NCBI GenBank assembly: GCA_009914755.4
Contig: CP086569.2
Coordinates: 15,008,001 to 15,072,000 of the forward strand
DNA length: 64,000 nucleotides
Direction of reading: 5' to 3'
Source of the DNA: the human T2T-CHM13v2.0 reference genome, Homo sapiens
Positions 40,971 to 52,577 of this stretch are shown here, piece by piece. The notes under the pieces are model-generated. The model did no database searches, had not been told where the DNA came from, and saw only the letters and a program-made list of their open reading frames with translations. A program made the translations under genes and the position numbers. The first letter of the stretch is position 1. The number at the start of each line of letters is the position of its first letter.

Positions 40971-41811
40971 TAGCCTAAAAAAGATCTTATATAATGAGAA
41001 CTGCTTGTTCTCCTTGGATCTCCCATGAAAGCATGGGCATTATCAAGCCTTCCCTGACATATATGAACAAGGTAAGTCAATGTCCCCCTCCCAGATTCAA
41101 GATAATCTGGAATCAATACCGTGTTGCAAAGAATATAGCTATGGCTCTGACTCTATATTTTATGCACAGAGGAGCTTGGAGACATTACATTGTTTTAAAC
41201 TGGAACATGTACCTTCTTTTCATGGTATTTCAAAGTCTTCCACTGACACTAGCATCAAAGTCTGAATGTCATGAATTGCCCATTTAGATAGACAATTATC
41301 ACTCTAAGAAAGGAAAACACTGAAGACACTCACGCACAGGGACCCAGCTCATCTAAGCAGGGAGACATCCTTGCTTCTCTTATCCATACGGATTGGTGCC
41401 TTCTGCTTGTTCTTCTACATTCTGGAGTTACAATTCCCTTACAGGAAGATTTTCTACTGAAGGAATGCTTTGAGGATGAAGGAAGTGAGAGACTGATCAT
41501 TGAGAGTCTGAGGTATGGTCTAGCTCCCATTTTCTTTGCTATTTAAGGATTGTAACATTCTGTGCTAGAGGTGTGCATTGCTGTATAGAGTGGCATATAC
41601 CACTGGATTAGTAAGAGTAAGAAGAAACTTCTAACCTTATGTCAGGGCCATGATGCTAGAATAGGCACCCTTTATTTATTCTAGAAATGGACATTGCTAT
41701 GAATTTCAAATCAAAACAGAAACATTTTTTAGGCAGTTCCATCCTTTATATAACTGTGAATAAGTAAAACACTGGTTAATGTTTTCTTTCTTCTGATGAA
41801 TTTTCTTATCT

Positions 41812-41891
41812 GTTATGTTGGTACAAAGGTACTTGTGATTTTTGCCATTACTTTCAATGGCAAAAACTGCAATTACTGTTACACCAACCTA
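41812..41891. mobile_element. MADE1 (Hsmar1-derived 80-bp palindromic MITE)
   Basis: tatgttggtacaaaggtacttgtgatttttgccattactttcaatggcaaaaactgcaattactgttacaccaacctaa versus MADE1 consensus TTAGGTTGGTGCAAAAGTAATTGCGGTTTTTGCCATTAAAAGTAATGGCAAAAACCGCAATTACTTTTGCACCAACCTAA. Flanked by TA. Confidence 0.75.
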
Positions 41892-43728
41892 AAATATATG
41901 ATGCTTCAAAGAAAGTGGCATGTGACAATAATACTTATTCGAAGGACTAAGAGAGGTAACTGGATTAGGAATTGTACATGTCATTCTACAAGAGTACTCT
42001 TGATTAAGCCAAAATTCAGTAGCATCTCTTCAACTCCAAGTTTAAAGGAATCTGGACTGAAAGATAATATCAGAGGACCATCAATGAATGGACGTCCCAA
42101 AAGTTGGGCATGAGCTAATGGCATTTAGGGCTAACTCCCATCTCCAAGCCTTTGGAACATTAGAATCCTTCTTACTGGCAACCTCATACAGCTTTTTGGT
42201 GCCAAAGCATTTGGACATTCTCCACTCTAAGTTATTTTGACTGAGTGACTCTGTCCAAGTCATGAAAAGGGGATGGGTGCATTTGCATCTCTGGAAGAAA
42301 AGGATCATATTTTTTCCATTTTACTTCTTGTGTATCATGAATTATAAATCTGTGTATTATTCAGCAGGCTAACAGCTAAAAGAAGCTCTCAAAATGCAGG
42401 ATAGGCATGAATTTCACCAAGAAAGACCTGTGTGATATACATATTGTAAAATGCATTTCATCCTTGTCTCTTGTAACTGCACACATTCAATGAACCTACT
42501 TTTACATTTGAGAAGAGAGTATGCTGGCAAAATGGTGAAAAAGAAATCACTGTTTTTGATTCCCCATGAACCTACTTCATCCCTTTCCATTGTTCCTCAA
42601 TAGCCTCTCTATGACCCAGTTGTTTTATTTGTTAAGTGAATGTGTGACGTGGCATTTCTGTGAAAAATAAGAACTTGATATCTCTAAGCACTTTAACCTT
42701 AACAGTAGAGCACTTAGTACTACAGTCCTAAGGCTGTCATATTCAGTTCAAGAGCAAATATACAGGGAAAAATAATAGAATAAGACAAATCTGGGTGAGG
42801 GGCATGGTGCAATGAAGTGGCCTGAACTGCTGCTCCTTAACACCACTCAGATGCTCTGTGGACAGACATACCATGTGCTGCTGCTGGGAAACAGATAACC
42901 ATGCCAGTCACTGGAAGAGAAGGTCACAGAAAGAAATTGCTCCTAGACATCATGGAATCAATTATAAAACAAAAATAGCTATATCAGTGAAGGCCTTTTA
43001 AATCCAATATGAAAAGAAGGGCTTTCTTTGTCCTTCCCTGTGTCTGCCTGAATTATCAGGGATAGCTGCTAGTTACATACTTCTTGTCTGAAAACAGCAT
43101 TAAGAACTGGAGAAAAGTCCCCATAGATTTTCTTCCTAGTAAAGGAATATTTTATTATTATAGGAAATCACCTTCTAATTCTGTTTATGTAGATAATGTC
43201 CTTTTAAGGGAAAAGGAGTATTGAATATTTGATGCCATTTACATTTCTCCTGCAACTTCTTCTGTTGATCAAAAGCCATTGTAGAAACAGGTAAAATACA
43301 TTGGTACACAGACAAGTACCATAAAACATTAAGGAAGATGGTGAACTTCCAAAAGGACTAGAAGTAGACATATTCAACAGGAAACAGAGACTGCTGTTTG
43401 CAGGGTAAGAAGATAATTGGACAAGGAAATCATAAAACTGGAATCCAGACTCAACTCTTTTATAATCTAGATTTATGTCCTTTGATAACAGGTCTAACCT
43501 TCCTGGGACTGAATTTGTTTTTTTTTCTTACGTGAAAGGTCAGGTGACTTATGCTACCCAGAGAATAATATCAATCAATCAAAGAAGAATGTGGAAAAAC
43601 CAAGATCTCCTGTTTAAGGTCTTCCAGTTACCCACTGCAACAGATTATCATGAGCCTGTTCAGGCACAAGATCTCAGGACTTCAGTTATTAGTTATTCTT
43701 TTAAGAATAGTGTTAAATAGGTCAGGTA

Positions 43729-43835
43729 TGGTAGTTCATACCTGTAATCTCAGCATTTTGGGAGGCCAAAACAGGTGGACCACTGCATTCTAGTCTGGGT
43801 GACACAGCAAGACTTCATATCAAAAGAAAAAAAAA
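43729..43835 (+). mobile_element. Internally deleted Alu (left-monomer start joined to 3' end and A-tail)
   Basis: ggtcaggtatggtagttcatacctgtaatctcagcattttgggaggccaaaacaggtggaccactgcattctagtctgggtgacacagcaagacttcatatcaaaagaaaaaaaaa. Confidence 0.75.
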
Positions 43836-44497
43836 TGTTAAATAGCACTTGATTAATAAATGAGGTGCATAGGAAATGCCAAAAAGTATCAAGGAATATT
43901 GGGGATTTTTCTGCTCAAAATTACTTAGAAGGAATAGTGACTCAGGTTAACATATCTTTCATGGGTCTGAAAGCTAGGGCCCATGAAATACATCTTCTCT
44001 GCCACCTGTTTTTGCAGATACAGTTATATTGGGACAAAGCTACACCATCCTGCATTTACACAATATCTTATCCCTGCTTTCATCCTACAGTACAATGAAG
44101 GTAGAGTTGAGTAGTGGTGATAGAGACCATCTGGCCTCAAAGCTGAAAATATTTATTATCTGTCTTTTGCAGATAAAAGATTGCCATCTCCTGCTTTTGA
44201 CTTAGAGGAGGTTATAAGGCCACCTTATGAGAGATGAAATTGGAAAAGTGTGACATAGGTCGTAGGTGACATCTGGTTCCTTATGATAGTTTTTGTTGTA
44301 CTTAATGCATGGTCTAAACACTTAAGGTAAATGCCAAAGGAAAGTTCCCTTATTTTAGAAATAGCCAGAGAGAAGTGGTGTTACTCATGCATCTCCCCAG
44401 TGAATTTGCAATCTTTAGATCTGCACCACCTGGGGGCTTGTTAGAAAGTCATACTGTCAGGCCCTGCTACAGCCCTACTGAACCAGAGTCTGCATTT

Positions 44498-44826
44498 AAC
44501 TGGCTCCCTGGAGGATTTATGCCCACATTTATTTTAAGTAGCACAGTCCTAGACATTAGAGGAAGTCAGTTTTTACAGACACAACAGAAACTGGGTGCTT
44601 TTGTTTTTTAACTGGATTCCTGGGGGATTTATATCCATATTTAGTTAAGTAGCACAGCCCTAGACATTACAGGAAGTCAGTTTTTACAGACACAACAAAA
44701 TCTGGGTGCTTTTGCTTTTAACTGGATTCCTGGGGGATTTATATCCACATTTAGTTTAAGTAGCACAGCCCTAGACATTACAGGAAGTCAGTTTTTACAG
44801 ACACAACAGAATCTGTGTGTTTTTGC
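44498..44826. repeat. Tandem repeat (minisatellite-like), three copies, period about 110-112 bp; copy 3 slightly truncated
   Basis: Unit: aactggattcctgggggatttatatccacatttagtttaagtagcacagccctagacattacaggaagtcagtttttacagacacaacagaatctgggtgcttttgctttt. Copies start at 44498, 44610 and 44720. Copy 1 is most diverged (ggctccctggaggatttatgcccacatttatttt...). Confidence 0.9.
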
Positions 44827-45761
44827 CAAATTTTTGCAGCTATGGACTACAGAGTTGACATACAAATCTGCTGTTAAAAGCATTTTAGGCAGAGGGAACT
44901 ATAAATTCAGAATATTGTACATTTACAATTTCATGACACTTACATTTTCAATAAAGTATAAGTTTTAGTTGCTTAAAATTTAGCATGTTTATGATATTTG
45001 AAAACCACATCCCACAACCATCTTCCCTCTAGAATTCGGTTTACCTGAAAAAATAATTGCAATCTTTTTCATTTGGTCTCAGTGGATGGCTCATGAAATT
45101 TACCAGTGTTTAACAGTATCTGAAATCCCCATTATTTTCTGCCCAACTGTTTCCCCTTTATTCCTCTATTCTTGCTGAGGAACTGTCCTTGTTAATTTGT
45201 TCATTAAGGATATATGGGTGGTGAATTCCTAGTCTTTCTATATCTTAAAGTGGTTTCCATAGCTTCATCTTGGTCTGAAGTTAGCTGGGTATTGGATTTT
45301 CAATTGATGATTATTTTTCTGCCCTTAGACTATTTCTCCAAGACCATTTTACTTCTCCTGATATTTATGTGAATCTACTAACAGACTAACAGTCTTTCTC
45401 TTGCAATCTGCTCTTTTTTAAATATCTTGGGGAGATACTTCACTTTGTGTTCATTCTTAATATTCTTTAGTTTTATATCAATCTATAAATTTACTGATTA
45501 TCTTATTTGGTACTCAAGTGATGTATTTCAATGTGAGAGCTCATATGTTTCTTTAAGAATATTTCCATCCATTTTCTTTCCAACCGTTGTTGCCTTGGTT
45601 GGTCCTTTTTCTAACCCATGTCCATAAACATATCTCCTAATGACTCTTTATGTATTCATATTAATTTTTCTTTCTTTGCACTTCCTCTATACTATTTTTC
45701 AGCGTTCTCATTGATTGTAGAGTCTACACTTTACAGTATTATATTTTATCTCCATTACCCT

Positions 45762-46111
45762 GCTGGTCTGTTCTCATGCTGCTAATAAAGACATACCCGA
45801 GACTGGGTAATTTATAAAGGAAAGGTGTTTAATGGACTCACAGTTCCACATGGTGGGGGAGGCTTCACAATCATGGTGGAAGATGAAGAGCAAAGGGACG
45901 TCTTTCATTGTGGGAAGCAAGAGAGTGTGTGCAGGGGAACTCCCATTTATAAAACCATCATACCTCATGAGACTTATTCACTACCATGAGCACACCATGG
46001 GAAAAACTTGCCCCCATGATTTAATTACCTCCCACCATGTTCCTCCAGGACATGTGGGGATTATTACAATTCAAGGTGAGATTTGGGTGGGGACATAGAG
46101 CCAAATCATAT
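45762..46111 (-). mobile_element. Solo MaLR LTR (THE1/MST class), antisense
   Basis: The + strand reads tgctggtctgttctcatgctgctaataaagacatacccgagactgggtaatttataaaggaaaggtgtttaatggactcacagttccacatggtgggggaggcttcacaatcatggtggaagatgaa...cccatgatttaattacctcccaccatgttcctccaggacatgtggggattattacaattcaaggtgagatttgggtggggacatagagccaaatcata, the reverse complement of a THE1-type LTR. Flanking 45030-45760 and 46112-47000 look like degraded old L1-like sequence, unclassified. Confidence 0.8.
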
Positions 46112-47792
46112 TATTTACTGTATCTTTTTTTGTTTCTGTAGTTGTGATTTTGCAATTTCTATATTCAATTGCTTTTATTTGGTGCCTGCCTGTCTCTGTT
46201 TTATGATTTTCTTTGCTCTTTTCATGATTGCTGTTTCTTCTTGCATGCATCTTCCTTTGCTTCTTCCTTGTGGTCTCCAGAAGCATTAGAGGTCCTATTC
46301 CCTGGAGGAATTATAGGTCCTGTGCTGAAGGTGACTACTCCTCTAGAGAATGCTTGCTCCATTCAAAGGAATTTTGCTTACTGTCTATTTTAAAATCTAA
46401 AATTGTGGTTAATTTGGAAGACTGCATTTTCCACTTCTTGATTCTTTTGGCATGTGTTTCGGGATTTTGACCTTCAGGTGAGTAAAAGGCATCTCTCTAA
46501 CTCTGTCTCTGTCTCTCTTTCTTCTTTGCACACACATATGTCTTCATATGTTAACTTCCTTGTCTCCTTACCCTTCTCTATGGTCTTATCCTCAGTGGTT
46601 GGAATTCTCACCCAGAGACATGAGTCACGTTGTCACAAGTTCATTCACCAAATCTGCAGCCTGCTCAGCTCAGTTCTTGGTGGAGATGTTGTGTCAGCTC
46701 ACTTTCTCCTCCCTAGGATCTCAGTTTTGTAGACATGCCAGCTCTGAGCAATGGTCAGTAGCTATCTTCAAACTCTTTTATTTCTGGAAAGAAAGAGCTC
46801 TGTCTCCTGCACTTCTGGGGCAACTTCCATCATTTCCCAAGAATTACACTCTGGTTGTCTCCTGGCTCCTAGGCCTAGAGTGCAGCAGTTCCTCTTACTG
46901 TGTTGAGTTCCTGTCTGGTTTCTATTCCTAAGAAGATTATTTCCTCATTTGGGAGTTTGACTATCACTGTTCCATTTTTACATATGATGTTTCATCTCCC
47001 GGTCCTATATGTTAAAAACAAATAGGATATGGGATATGATGAGGTTTATCTTCAAATAACCTAATCAATCCTTTATTCTTTAATTCATAGTAACCCCCCA
47101 ACCCCTTTCTCCTTTTTCTCTTTTTTCTTCCTTTCTTCCTTTGTTACATGCCCAGACACTCCACGGTACCAGGTGTTATCAGTACCAGCTCACATTCCTT
47201 TCCTTGTTTGGAAAGAAGACTAGTTGTCTAGCTCATTGCAGACACCTCTTCTCCTTCCCCTCTCTCCTTTATGTGCCCACCTTATTTCAAAACAAGTTCA
47301 AATGTTTAGCCAACTAGAATTAGTTTAGAGTGTACTACCCAACCCAGCCAAAGGGGAAAACATACAGGGCAGGACTTGTGTCAGGAATAAAGGCTTTTGT
47401 GCCCCTTTGTTCAGGTGTGCTGTCATGGCAACTAGCCAAGGAGAAGCACCCCTCTGCGCAGAAGTAAAATTGCTTTGCTAAGCATCCTTTGTTTGAGTGT
47501 TCAATTTCCTTAGGATTTTCAGCATTATTCTCAACAAGGAGACATAAAATATGAGCCTATAATTTCATCTACAATAAGACACAAGAGATGTGAACCCTCT
47601 ATTAAACAGGCCAGAGGAGTGCACCTGAGAGAGGCAATTTAATCTGGAGCCCAGTGTAAATGTTTGTTATATATGGTTATGTTTGTACATATAATAATAA
47701 CATGTAAATATAGTTGAAATATTTTGGATACTAGATATTTTATTAAATACTTTACCAGAATCAGATTACTAATCTGGAGCCATTTGTGACTA

Positions 47793-48086
47793 TTTATTTA
47801 TTTTGAGTCAGAGTCTTGCTCTGTCACCCAGGCTAGAGTTCAGTGGTGAGATCTTGGCTCACTGCAACTTCTGCCTCCCAGGTTCAAATGATTCTTGAGC
47901 CTCAGCCTCCCAAGTAGCTGGTATTACAGGCATGCAACACCACATCCAGATAATTTTTGTATTTTTGGTAGAGATGGGGTTTTGACATGTTGGTAAGGCT
48001 TGCCTCAAACTCCTGATCTCAAGTGATCTTCCTGTCTCTGCCTCCCACAGTAGTAGGATAACAGGCATAAGCCACCATGCTTGGCC
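47793..48086 (-). mobile_element. Alu SINE, antisense
   Basis: tatttatttattttgagtcagagtcttgctctgtcacccaggctagagttcagtggtgagatcttggctcactgcaacttctgcctcccaggttcaaatgattcttgagcctcagcctcccaagtagctggtattacaggcatgcaacaccacatccagataatttttgtatttttggtagagatggggttt...gataacaggcataagccaccatgcttggcc. Confidence 0.9.
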
Positions 48087-49272
48087 TATTCTTGACCACT
48101 TAATCTTCCCATGATGGAGTTCTGATACGTTAAAATTGAGATGAATACATAATAAGGATTACATTTCTTAATGTGCTACCACCTTAGAAGCTTAGCAACA
48201 GGACAAGTTGTAAATAAATAAATACATAATAAATGAACTAGATGGAAAATAGATAATTATGTAGCTAAAAATATAACATATTTATCATTAGTGAGTGACT
48301 GAAGCCTGCTAGGAAAATGAAAACCTTTTGAAGAACAAAGTTAAATGGTTCTATTAATTACATTCCAAATACTGGAACTATGAAAAAATAAAGCCAGTGA
48401 AAATTGCTAGAAGTATTAAACAGCTACTTTTATATCACAGATAAGACTCATCTTTTATATGTGAGACAATATCACCTATTTAAATCTGCAGCTATTTTTG
48501 CATTTGTTTTGTCTGTGCAGGTGCCATATTTAAGGCAGATGGGTGATGAAGGGAATAACACCCACTCCAGTGGATTAATTTAAGTGGCTTCACTTCAAAA
48601 ATAGCCTTACCTTCCTCTAAGTTAAGAAATATTTACTGTTACTCTGCAGATGTCAAATGGAAAAGAAATGATAGGGCTCTTGATTTAAAGAGAGACATCT
48701 TTTATATTGTTATAAAGTGTGCTTTACAAATTAAACTTGTACAAACAAGAGTTTGCCTTTATTCTGGGAAAACAGGCATTATTAAGACACAATTTTCCTT
48801 GCCAAATTTACAGTTTCAGCATAAACTTAGGAGTTAAGAATAGACGAATATGATTCATATAACCAAAACAAATGGAAAACAGGATAAATCATTTAACTTA
48901 TTAAGAGAAATCTATTTAAGTTGCTGAAAAGACCACAAATCCTTCTTTTGTAGAGATTCTATTATTTTTCAGTCTATTTATTTTACATAGTGGCCCCAAG
49001 TACAATTTTTAGATAAATGTGAGTTATGGGTAGACCTGTTTTTCTGCTTTAAGTATTATATTACACCAGATGGATAAAGCTTAGCAGTTTTATTACACTG
49101 CAACTTTAAAAAACTGCATTTTAAAAAAGCCAATGTATACACAAATATTTCATGGCACCAACATATTTTTAAATTCAGATCTATATATCTGGGAAAGCAA
49201 ACCTTAATTCAGCCTTCCAGACTTTCACCTTGGGGGAGGGGGAGCAGTGTGGTAGGGGAGAAAGAGAACATT

Positions 49273-49582
49273 ATTCATTTATTTATTGAGACAGGGTCTT
49301 CCTCTGTCACCCAGGCTGGAGTGCAGTGGCACGATCACAGCCCCCTGTAGCCTCTAACTCCTGGGCTCAAACAATCCTCTCACATCAGCCACTCAACTAG
49401 CTGGAACCACAGTCATGTGCCCCCAAACATGACTAATGCTTATTTATTTATTTTTTTTTTGACAGAGATAGGGTCACTCTATGTTGCCCAGTGTTGTATG
49501 GAACTCTTGGGCTCAAGGGATCCTCCCATCTCAGCCTCCCATAATGCTGGGATTATGGCTTGAGCCACTGGTTCCAGCTGGT
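49273..49582 (-). mobile_element. Alu SINE (old, AluJ-like), antisense
   Basis: ttgagacagggtcttcctctgtcacccaggctggagtgcagtggcacgatcacagcc...cctgggctcaaacaatcctc, T-rich linker, then gacagagatagggtcactctatgttgcccag...ctcaagggatcctcccatctcagcctcccataatgctgggattatggcttgagccactggttccagctgg. Confidence 0.85.
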
Positions 49583-50899
49583 TTTAAAACAAAATGTTTC
49601 AGTAAAAACATCCTATGGCAAGAGGTTTTCAAACCTGGCCATGGAAGTTTTATTGCTTCTACTGAAAATGATAAGGTGATGTGACACTTCACTGCTGCCA
49701 TCCTGTAGCTTATATCAATAAGAGCAACTCAGCAACTCACTCTCCTAGGCAGAATAAAATGCATCATAGAAGCTAAGAAAAAAGTTGTGATACCTCTAAA
49801 TACGAAAGAATCCTTCCAGAAAGAGTGGGACATGAGGATGGGGTGCTATGCAGTGGGTGATATGAGGGAGATGGCCTTGAAACCAGACCTTGAAAGAGGA
49901 ATACATATGGCCTGAAATTACACTAAAAATTAAACGAATGTTTATGCTACATGCTTTTATTTGAATAATTAATTTGAAAATATTAGTCAATAATAAATTA
50001 AGTAATTAATTATTAATTATTAATTATAAGGTTAGGTTTAGAAATTTAATTGGTAGAATGACCATTCCACAAATTGAGCTTTATTTCAAGTACCTACTAC
50101 AATTCTCACATTTTAGAGCACTTAATCTGTGCAAAGCAAAATACCTTAACCAGAAAGAATGTAATAAACTGTTGAACCAATAAGTAAGAAAGATGTTTTT
50201 TGTATTTTGTGAAATTTTATAAGAAGAAATAAATGCTCTGAGAAATAAATGAGCTGAAGAGTTAGAGAGTAATTTGCATGGTGTCTACTTTAAATAAGTT
50301 ACCAAAAAATGAGAAGATACTCAGAGACATCCATGGTGATACTGAGGATATGTTTATTTCAGAAACATGTGAAGATTAGTGGGATTTATGCTTTGGACTA
50401 AAAATGGATAAGAAATAAACAAACCATTAGACAAAATATATGAAACAATTGCTTTCAGATGTTACACAATGATCAAGACAGAAACGGGATCTCGTGTGTA
50501 TGAGTCTGACAGTTGTCCTTTGATCCTGGAGAAACGTTCTAGGCTGTAAAAACAGAGGAAGGCAATCACCGAGTTGACAAAACAGAAATCAAAGTTTAGG
50601 GATGCTGAGGTGGCAAGAGTTGCAGGACACAGTTCCAGAAAACAAAAAACTTCATAAAGGAAGACCTCTAAAACTCTGCATAGAGGTTCTTTTATGTGTT
50701 TTCTAAAAACAAGGATATATACATAGTTGATGAAATTCTGGCAGTCTGTTCAGAAATCTCCAGGGATCTGTAAGGAGAACAATTACCAGAGCATAAAAAG
50801 GGTAATGAAGTGTGAAAGTTTAAGTTGTTGAAAGCATAGAATTAAGAACTACAGCCTTATTATCGACTGCAGTAGGACCAAGTCTTAGTATTAATACTA

Positions 50900-52577
50900 A
50901 ACTAAATTTGGGTAATTGTTACTCTAACAATGCCCTGACAAAGCATAAAAACAATCCTCTAAGCCATCCATCTGATCCATAAGTAACTTAAATTTACCTC
51001 AGGTGAGAATTTAAACTCCTAAAGGGAGATAACATTTAGACTCTAAAATAAATGACATGCATTATTTCCCACATCCAATTAAAAATTATATAGAAAGGCC
51101 AAAAATCAAGGCAATGTGATATGTTTTCCATGATAGAAATAAGAGAATCAGATTCAGAAATTAAAGTGATGGGATTAGCAGAAAAGGATTTTAAAAGAGT
51201 TGTTATACTCAAAATGGTCAAGGATTAAAAGAAAACATGATTATAATAAGAAAAATTGGAAGGCTAAGAAAGAACTGCATATATATATGTATATATATAC
51301 TGGAGATGAAAAATAAAATATATGAAATAAAAATTTATTGCACAGGATTAATTGCAAGATGGAGAAGAAAAAACATGTGAAGTAGAAGACACAGTAATTG
51401 AAATTATTAACCTGAGCCATAGAGACAAAAGCATAAAAACAAGGAGAAATTAACTGTGGAAAGATATCATGCAGCCTAATACAAGTTCTATTGTAATTCC
51501 AGAAGTAGAAAATAGTGAAATGGGACAGAAAATTATTTGGAAAATAATGATTGACATTTTCCCACATATGAAAATAATTATAAAATTAAGATTGGATAAG
51601 GCTAACAAACTCCAAATTGAATAAATGTAATAAAATCACATCAAGACAAATCTTTAGCAAATTGACTAAACGTAGCAATACAGTGAAAAATCTCAAAGTG
51701 AGTTAGAAGAAAAAAGCACATTTAATGCAGATGAATAAAGATAACAGTCACTTCAGATAACTTCTCAGAAACCACGCCAGTCAGAAGACAATGGATTAGC
51801 ATGTTTGAAACAATAAAAGAAAAAAAAACTTGGACTTTTTTATCTAGCACATAAATTATTGTAAAATAAATGTAAATATAAGATTTTTTTTTAGACAAAC
51901 AAAACCAGAGAAAATTTACCATCAATAGAAATCTTTTACAAAGAATATAAAAATAATTTCTCCACACATAAAAAAATGGCATCAGATTGATACGTAGAAT
52001 CAAATGAGGGACTGAGGACAAATAGTAATAGTATAACAATATATGTGGGTAAATTTTTAAACCTATTTATTGGTATAAACAGTGTAATAAGTCTAAGTTT
52101 TAACTTAACAACTTTTGCAAAAATTGACTCTAACTGTATCATAGACAGTCCTAAACCCCAAAGCTAAAATTGTAAGAAAACTGTGACCTCAAGTTACAGA
52201 ATAGTTTTTTAAGTTTATTTTGAAAAGCACAAACCATTAAAACTTGACATGGTGAATTTCAAATTCTAAATCTTCTGGTCTTCTAAAGACATCATTAGGA
52301 AAATGGAAAAAAGACTGTGAAGACAAGAAATTCAACAAAACCTTAATTCAAACTGCATAAAGGACTCTTACAGCTTATAATAATGGAAAAGCCAATTAAA
52401 ATCATCAGTACATATGAAAAGACATTTCACTGCACAATATACATAAATGGCAAAAAGCATACTAAGAAATATTCAACATGATTAGCATTAACTGCTAAAA
52501 CCTGGAAAGTCATAACACTGTACATCCATCAGAATAGCTAAAATAGAAAGACCAGTAATATCAAATGATGATGAGAA
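50900..52577 (+). mobile_element. Old L1 (L1M/L1PB-like) with large internal deletions: ORF1 remnant about 51300-51830, ORF2 3'-region remnant about 52380-52577
   Basis: Translation gives IEIINLSHRDKSIKTRRN*LWKDIMQPNTSSIVIPEVENSEMGQKIIWKIMIDIFPHMKIIIKL and later IKITVTSDNFSETTPVRRQWISMFETIKEKK, matching L1 ORF1p (…SLRDLWDNIKRSNIRVIGVPEGEE…HIIIKL…IRLTADFSSETMEARRQWNDIFKVLKEKN). 52400-52577 (cagaatagctaaaatagaaagaccagtaatatcaaatgatgatgagaatgtgaaggagctggaactcagatacattt) matches the old-L1 ORF2 C-terminal region. The 5' boundary is uncertain. Confidence 0.55.

Noticed and set aside
45030-47000. Sequence flanking the antisense MaLR LTR that looked like antisense old L1
   Set aside because: Only a generic resemblance in composition and short motifs. 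I could not align it convincingly to L1 ORFs in any frame, so it is left unclassified.
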